Below, piece after piece: positions 58,282 through 64,000 of a DNA stretch of 64,000 nt (within the stretch, counting starts at the first letter, position 1; each line of letters starts with the position of its first letter). Under the pieces are notes generated by a model that made no database searches, was not told where the DNA came from, and was given only the letters and a program-made list of their open reading frames with translations. A program made the translations under genes and the position numbers. Origin of the DNA: Octopus vulgaris. Lineage: Eukaryota. The stretch covers positions 60,078,001 to 60,142,000 of the forward strand of contig OX597825.1 of assembly GCA_951406725.2 (NCBI GenBank). Direction: 5' to 3'.

Positions 58282-59799
58282 TTACAAACATATATATAAA
58301 CCTCTTCTAATTAATGATTAGTATTAATTGGAAGAGAGTACGATATGGAAAATGGACGAATGTATGTATTATGTTATGCTCCTTTACAATGTTGAAGTTT
58401 GACATGTGTCTGTCATGACGTCTTCCTTATATTTGTGTTATAAAAATGAAACGTATCCGACTTATGTATTTAATTATAATAACACCTTCGAAAGTTGTGC
58501 TATCATAGCACTTTGAATAGGGGACAGATATTTATTTGAACAATTGCAAGAACATAGCAAGAGCAGAACATTAAAATTCATTCGCCAAAAAAAAAGTGGG
58601 AATGTAGTGGGTATGAATTTCAGCGGGAAAAATTTCACTCGTTAAACCAATGTCGGAATGAATAAAGAATATGCGAGGAGCGACACAAGAATAAGCTTGC
58701 TTGAAACTGAGAGAATTCTGCAGTAAACTCGTCAACATTCCAAATACCATCGTTAAGTTCGCTTATTGATAGCTTCTTATTGTTTTTCGGGGAGTACTTA
58801 AATCAATGCATTGTACACTCTTTGAATTAAGGGTTGTATTTCTGCTGTGATATTTACGTCAGACCTGTTTAAATTGGATACCAGAGATAATCTCATAAAC
58901 ACTTCAACAACATCTTTCAGAGATATTTTGGCCTTTCACTAAACCTTGCAAACGAAGGAGAAAAGAAAAAAAAACGAGACCATTCATTCATCCGTTTGCA
59001 AGAGCTAGTACCAAAGCAGGTGTATTGAAGTAACTTGTACTCGAGGATATAAATAATCCAGCAGTGTTACCTTCTGAACATTTTACCTATTAACATTTTG
59101 TTCAGAATATACACTGTGCTTATAATAAATTCTTTGGTTAAGGTAATGAAACTAATTTCTTGAAATAATATATTGTGCCATGGAAACTGGAACTAGCGAT
59201 GAAGAAAAAAATATGTAACTAAGAGTCATATATATTTCATAATTTTATGTCAAATAAATTATTACTTTTGATTTCCATAAACCATTACTTTCCGTCGTTA
59301 TAGTCTAAATTACAATATTTCTTCAGATTTACGGTTGTAAATACATTTCATTTCGTAATAAAAGTGGTATCCAATAAATATGTTCTTATACGTTTCTTAT
59401 GAATATTGGAGAAAGTTATATATTATTTGACGCAATATTTCTAATAATTTAAACCCGTTTAATTTTCGTTTTGATTACGGATATAAATATTATTTCTTTC
59501 AAGATTAACACGAGTTTAGTAGCTGAATGATGTACAACATTTTGCAGTTTAATAAGAATATAATAAAATAGACATAACGGTCTATAGACCCATATATACA
59601 TATATATATTTGTATGTGTCTATATATATATCACTATATACATATTTCCTACATGCATAAATCATACAAACATATACACACACACAAACACACACCTACA
59701 TATATTTATATACGAAATAGAAGCAGTGGTTGTAAAATTGAGTGTAATAAATATTATCGACCACACATACACAACGCGTATACGTTAAGAATGTACGTT

Positions 59800-59838
<39 letters not shown>

Positions 59839-60008
59839 CATACACCCGTTTATGGCCGAGTATATGTTGTATTATTATTCTTTATCGTAAATTGTTCGAC
59901 CTACCCGAATTCTCTTTTTAAATATAATATATATCTAAAATCTGGGATTATCTAACTGAGCGCTTTCCATCGCTGCCTATATAATAAGCAAAAATATAAC
60001 TATATGTG

Positions 60009-60083
<75 letters not shown>

Positions 60084-60095
60084 ATATATATATAT

Positions 60096-60274
60096 TTTTT
60101 TTTTCCTCCGTCTTCCCTTCTCTGGATCATTCCTTTTCTTATGTTTCTGACGAAGAGCTCCGCTCGAAAAGTTAAACCATACTTCTTTCCTTCTTTACTG
60201 AGTGTCCAATAATACTATACTTGTTCCACGTCCTCGCGTTGTTGTGTTTTCTCTTTGTGTTTTTAGGTTTGGAT

Positions 60275-60316
<42 letters not shown>

Positions 60317-60336
60317 ATCCAAACATGAAAACACAA

Positions 60337-60339
<3 letters not shown>
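60096..60339. mobile_element. HHR element family F2 (plus strand, 60096-60279) tail-to-tail with a 28-bp opposite-strand 3' fragment (60311-60338) across one (TA)n
   Basis: The sequence reads ...GTTTGGATTAAC(TA)nGTTAATCCAAACATGAAAACACAAAG and is homologous to 2229-2430. Confidence 0.8.
60143..60177 (+). ncRNA. Minimal type I hammerhead motif
   Basis: GUUU-CUGACGA-A-GAGC(ucc)GCUC-GAAAa-GUU/AAAC. There is one stem III substitution relative to the GAAAC of the 2.3-kb copy. Confidence 0.75.
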
Positions 60340-60403
<64 letters not shown>

Positions 60404-61073
60404 CATACATACATACATACATACATAGAAACATACGTACATACATACACACATATATATCTAACTATATGTATAGTCATATCATATGAGCGTGTCGCTA
60501 TGTAATATTTTTATCTTTTACTTATAACAGAACACTAAACTGTGGCACCTGGTGCATCACTTTGAAGGCTTCAGTTAGACAAACTGATAACTTACATAGA
60601 CAAATTATGAATATTTTAGAGAGGGAAAATTTATATTTTACAGGGGATAAAATTCACAGTTTACAAGGGATAAAAGAGAAGAATAAAGGAGTAAATGAAA
60701 GAATAAAGAGTAAAGGTAGTTAGAAGAATATAGGCAGCAGAATTATCTTCACAACTCGTCATGTGTGTATGTGTGCATGTGTATGTATGCATGTATGTAT
60801 GTATGCATGTATGTATGTATGTATATATATATAGGTGAGGAAGTTGGTGTGTGAAAGCACGTGGTTGGATGTATAAAAAATAGAAGAGAGTGAAAAAACT
60901 ACTGAAGACTTCTTCTATAAGGTTAAAGAATATATTTAAGTATATTTAAGAATATATTCTTTAATCTTATAAAAAACACTTTTATATATGGCGGTGCCCC
61001 AGCAATGGCGGTGCCCCAGCATGGCCACAGCTCATAAGCTGAAACTAGAATCAATCAATCATATATATATATA

Positions 61074-61382
61074 GAATTTACACAAAACGAAGACAGGTGT
61101 GTAAACAACAAACAGGTGTATTAGTTTAACGCCCGGGAATGCGAGAAAGTCTCTTACGTTTCGAGCCTACACTCTTCAACAGAAAGGAACACGAGAAAAT
61201 AAACAGAGAGACAAGAAGAAAGCTTTAGTGGCTAGCGGTCAATAATGGCGATGGCCGGACATAGGTGGTCAAAAGGGGGAGCTAGGCTGAAGGGGAGATA
61301 ATAAAGTAGTGGTGATCCCAACACGAAGATGCGCGTGCGTATGTAGATGACAGCGTATGTGTACGTGTGGATAGGGGCTGAA
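61074..61382 (-). mobile_element. HHR element family F1 (motif 61151-61186)
   Basis: CUUU-CUGUUGA-A-GAGU(guag)GCUC-GAAAC-GUA/AGAG. The 3' end abuts (TA)n at about 61073. Confidence 0.72.
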
Positions 61383-61560
61383 CGAGAAAAAATAGCTAGT
61401 TACAAAATCTCATGAGATATAGTAGTAACGTACACTACACAGTAAAGCGTGTAGCCACATCGAAGTGGCCAATGAATGTTACTACTAGTTTAACCCTAGG
61501 CGGATTCTTCGCCAGCTGGCTTTTGGTGCAATATCTGCACCCTTTTATATATATACACAC

Positions 61561-61615
<55 letters not shown>

Positions 61616-61637
61616 CACATATATATATATATATATA

Positions 61638-62196
61638 TAAATTGATCAAAATAAAAACATAATGCGAAGGATTCAGCGGTACATATGTTTCGGGCCTTTA
61701 TTAGACAGATTTATAACAATGCATAATGTATGTGTGTGGCCTTCTTCAGCCGCTCACAACAGCTTCCACAAGGACATGTGTTACATCAAAAATTCTTGGT
61801 TGATGCAAATCCTCTCATTCGCGTACGACATAATGCGGCAGCAGCATAGAATTGAAGCGTCCATCTCTTTCTTCTCTCATTCTACATTGAGAGAAGAAAG
61901 AGATGGACGCTGCAATTCTATGCTGCTGCCGCATTATGTCGTACGCGAATGAGAGGATTTGCATCCCCAACCAAGAATTTTTGATGTAACACATGTCCTT
62001 GTGGAAGCTGTTGTGCGCGGCTGAAGAAGGCCACACACATACATTATGCCTTGTTATAAATCTGTCTAATAAAGGCCCGAAACATATGTACCGCTGAATC
62101 CTTCGCATCATGTTTTTATTTTGATCAATTTACTCCACCACCTACACCACCAAACGGTATACACAGGTGCTTATAATTATCAAGTACTCACCCCGA

Positions 62197-62201
<5 letters not shown>
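61638..62201. mobile_element. HHR element family F11 forming a palindrome of about 490 bp (61638-62132) inside (TA)n
   Basis: The arms are about 245 bp with a few differences and centre near 61884. The right arm continues about 70 bp to (TA)n. Confidence 0.88.
62017..62094 (+). ncRNA. Type I hammerhead ribozyme with a loop 2 of about 40 nt (mirror copy at 61675-61754, minus strand)
   Basis: GCGG-CUGAAGA-aGGCC(about 41 nt)GGCCc-GAAAC(auau)GUA/CCGC, with a canonical core. Confidence 0.82.
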
Positions 62202-62259
<58 letters not shown>

Positions 62260-62346
62260 TATGTATATGTATATATATAAAGAGCAAAATAGCTAGTTAT
62301 ATAATCTGAAGAGAAAGAGTAGAAGCGTTTTTTTTTAAAAAAGGAA

Positions 62347-62666
62347 CACTCCGTCGGTTACGACGACGAGGGTTCCAGCTGATGCGATCAACGGAACAGC
62401 TTCCTCGTGAAATTAAAGTACAAGTGAGTGAGTAATCCGCAGACACGTGTACACCAAACGTAGTTCTCAGGGAGATTCAGCGTGACACAAAGTGTGACAA
62501 GGCCGGCCCTTTGAAATACAGGTACAACTCATTTTTGCCAGCTGAGTGGACTGGAGCAACGTGAAAATAAAGTGTCTTGCTCAAGGACACAACGCGTCGC
62601 CGGGAATTGAACTCACGATCTTACAATCGTGAGCCGAATACCCTAACCACTAAGTCACGCGCCTCC
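62347..62666 (-). mobile_element. tRNA-derived CORE-like SINE with a family C tail
   Basis: The head and GTTGTGTCCTTGAGCAAGACACTT resemble the 27638 copy. The 3' half resembles 8408-8580. Confidence 0.88.
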
Positions 62667-63687
62667 ACGTTAAGCGAGTAACCACATTGAAGTGGCCGAT
62701 GAATGTTACTTCTAGTTTAACCACAGGTAGATTCTTCGCCAGCTGGTTTTCGTTGCAAGCTCTGCATTCATTATGTACAATAGATCGCTAGCAGCTGACA
62801 AGATTACGGGACCGGCCGGGCTTCATCGATTTGGCCCATGTCGAAACCGGCCGGTACCGCGATCTTACAAACTAAGAAAAATAAAACCTAAAACCTAAAA
62901 ATTATTGACTTAAAATAGTTAGCTTCTAAGATATTTATGTTGATTGAGATGTTGAGGAAAACTAAGAAAGCGTGTACACACACACACACTGACACACAGA
63001 CACACACATATAAACAGTGTATAGCCACCTCAAAGTATCAGACTAATGTTACTACCAGTTTAACCCCAGGCGGATTCTCCGCCAGCTGCTTTTCGGTGCA
63101 AGCTCTGCACCCTTTATATAAAATGAATCGCTAGCTGGGGAGCAAAACCCTACTATCCCGCAGCAGCTGACAGGATCGCGGGACCGGCCGGTTGCGAGCT
63201 ATTTGACTCACGTAAGCCGGGCGCACCTGCGCAGTGGAGTGATAGCCAAGATCCGCTTCCGCCAGCGATATATTGTAATGAAAGTAATCAGCCACTGATC
63301 TGGAATAAGTAAAATAGCCAGTTACAAAATCTCAACGAGAGATAGATAAGTAACGTATACTAAATAGTAAAGCGAGTAGCCACATCGAAGTGGCCGATGA
63401 ATGTTACTACTAGTTTAACCCCAGGCGGATTCTCCACCAGCTGGCTTTCGGGGCAAATTCTTCACCCATTATACACAATACATCGTTAGCATCTGACAAG
63501 ATCACGGGACAGGCCGGTTTCGATCTATTTAGCTCACGCCGAAACCGGCCGGTCCCGCGATCCTGTCAGCTGCTGGGGATTAGTAGGTGTTCGTTCTCCT
63601 TGCTAGCGATGTATTTTATATAAAGGGTAAAGAGCTTGCACCGAAAACCAGCTGGCGGAGTATCCACCTGGGGTTAAACGAGTAGTG

Positions 63688-63907
63688 TTTGTCGTTTCAT
63701 CAACCTCTTGGCAACCGTCGTTCACCAACCTCTTGACAACCGTTGTTGATTTGTTTAACTGCCCACAATCATGCGTTTCGGCAAGAAAATAACCAACAGA
63801 TAAGTGCCAGTTTTATAAATAAGTACTGCGTGCATATTTGTCCGACTATTCTATCAGGGCCGTATCCCTCTATGGCTGGAGTCCCATTGCTTATGCAAGT
63901 AAAAGAT
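63688..63907 (+). mobile_element. Diverged 3' half of SINE family A
   Basis: Reads TTGACAACCGTTGTTG...TTCGGCAAGA...AGATAAGTGCCAG...CAAGTAAAAGA. Confidence 0.5.
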
Positions 63908-64000
63908 AAACAACAAAACGCTCTCTCTCACACACACAGAGGCGCCCGCAAACACATGTGCGTGCGAGTGTACTTACGTGCGCATGTACGTAAGTACTTA

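Larger units (their letters stand above)
61387..63686. mobile_element. Diverged tandem array (unit about 400 bp) with fold-backs, an atypical HHR-like motif (family F12) and nested insertions
   Basis: Units start AAAATAG(C/T)(T/C)AG at about 61389, 62286, 62912 and 63311. Inverted arms lie at 62847-62873 and 63540-63686. Confidence 0.8.

Noticed and set aside
59950-59980. Possible HHR 3' half GAAAG-cg-CUC on the minus strand
   Set aside because: It is too short and has no 5' core, so it cannot be told apart from chance.
61662-62111. Two mirror-image ORFs of about 97 aa (MRRIQRYICFGPLL...)
   Set aside because: They are produced by the DNA palindrome and have no recognisable domain.

Overview
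This is an AT-rich, microsatellite-dense eukaryotic window with no recognisable intact host protein-coding exon. Nearly all listed ORFs are translations of simple repeats. The SINE repertoire and microsatellite landscape suggest an octopus (coleoid cephalopod) genome, which is my inference from recognising the repeats and not a database result. Recognisable elements are a decayed RTE-clade LINE plus a 3' fragment of it, a decayed mariner, a decayed maT (DD37D-like) Tc1/mariner element, non-autonomous Helitron pieces and about 25 tRNA-derived SINE copies from at least three modular families. The main signal is non-coding. About 12 unrelated short sequence families carry type I hammerhead ribozyme (HHR) motifs, giving about 20 intact, degenerate or partial motifs in 64 kb. 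Their 3' ends (ribozyme sense) almost always abut (TA)n tracts. They repeatedly form fold-back palindromes or tandem-plus-inverted arrays, including a 2.5-kb head-to-head array of a 556-bp HHR monomer. This matches Penelope-like element pseudo-LTRs and non-autonomous retrozymes, and points to a diverse ribozyme-driven retroelement system that targets (TA)n. All folds were read by eye and none is experimentally tested.
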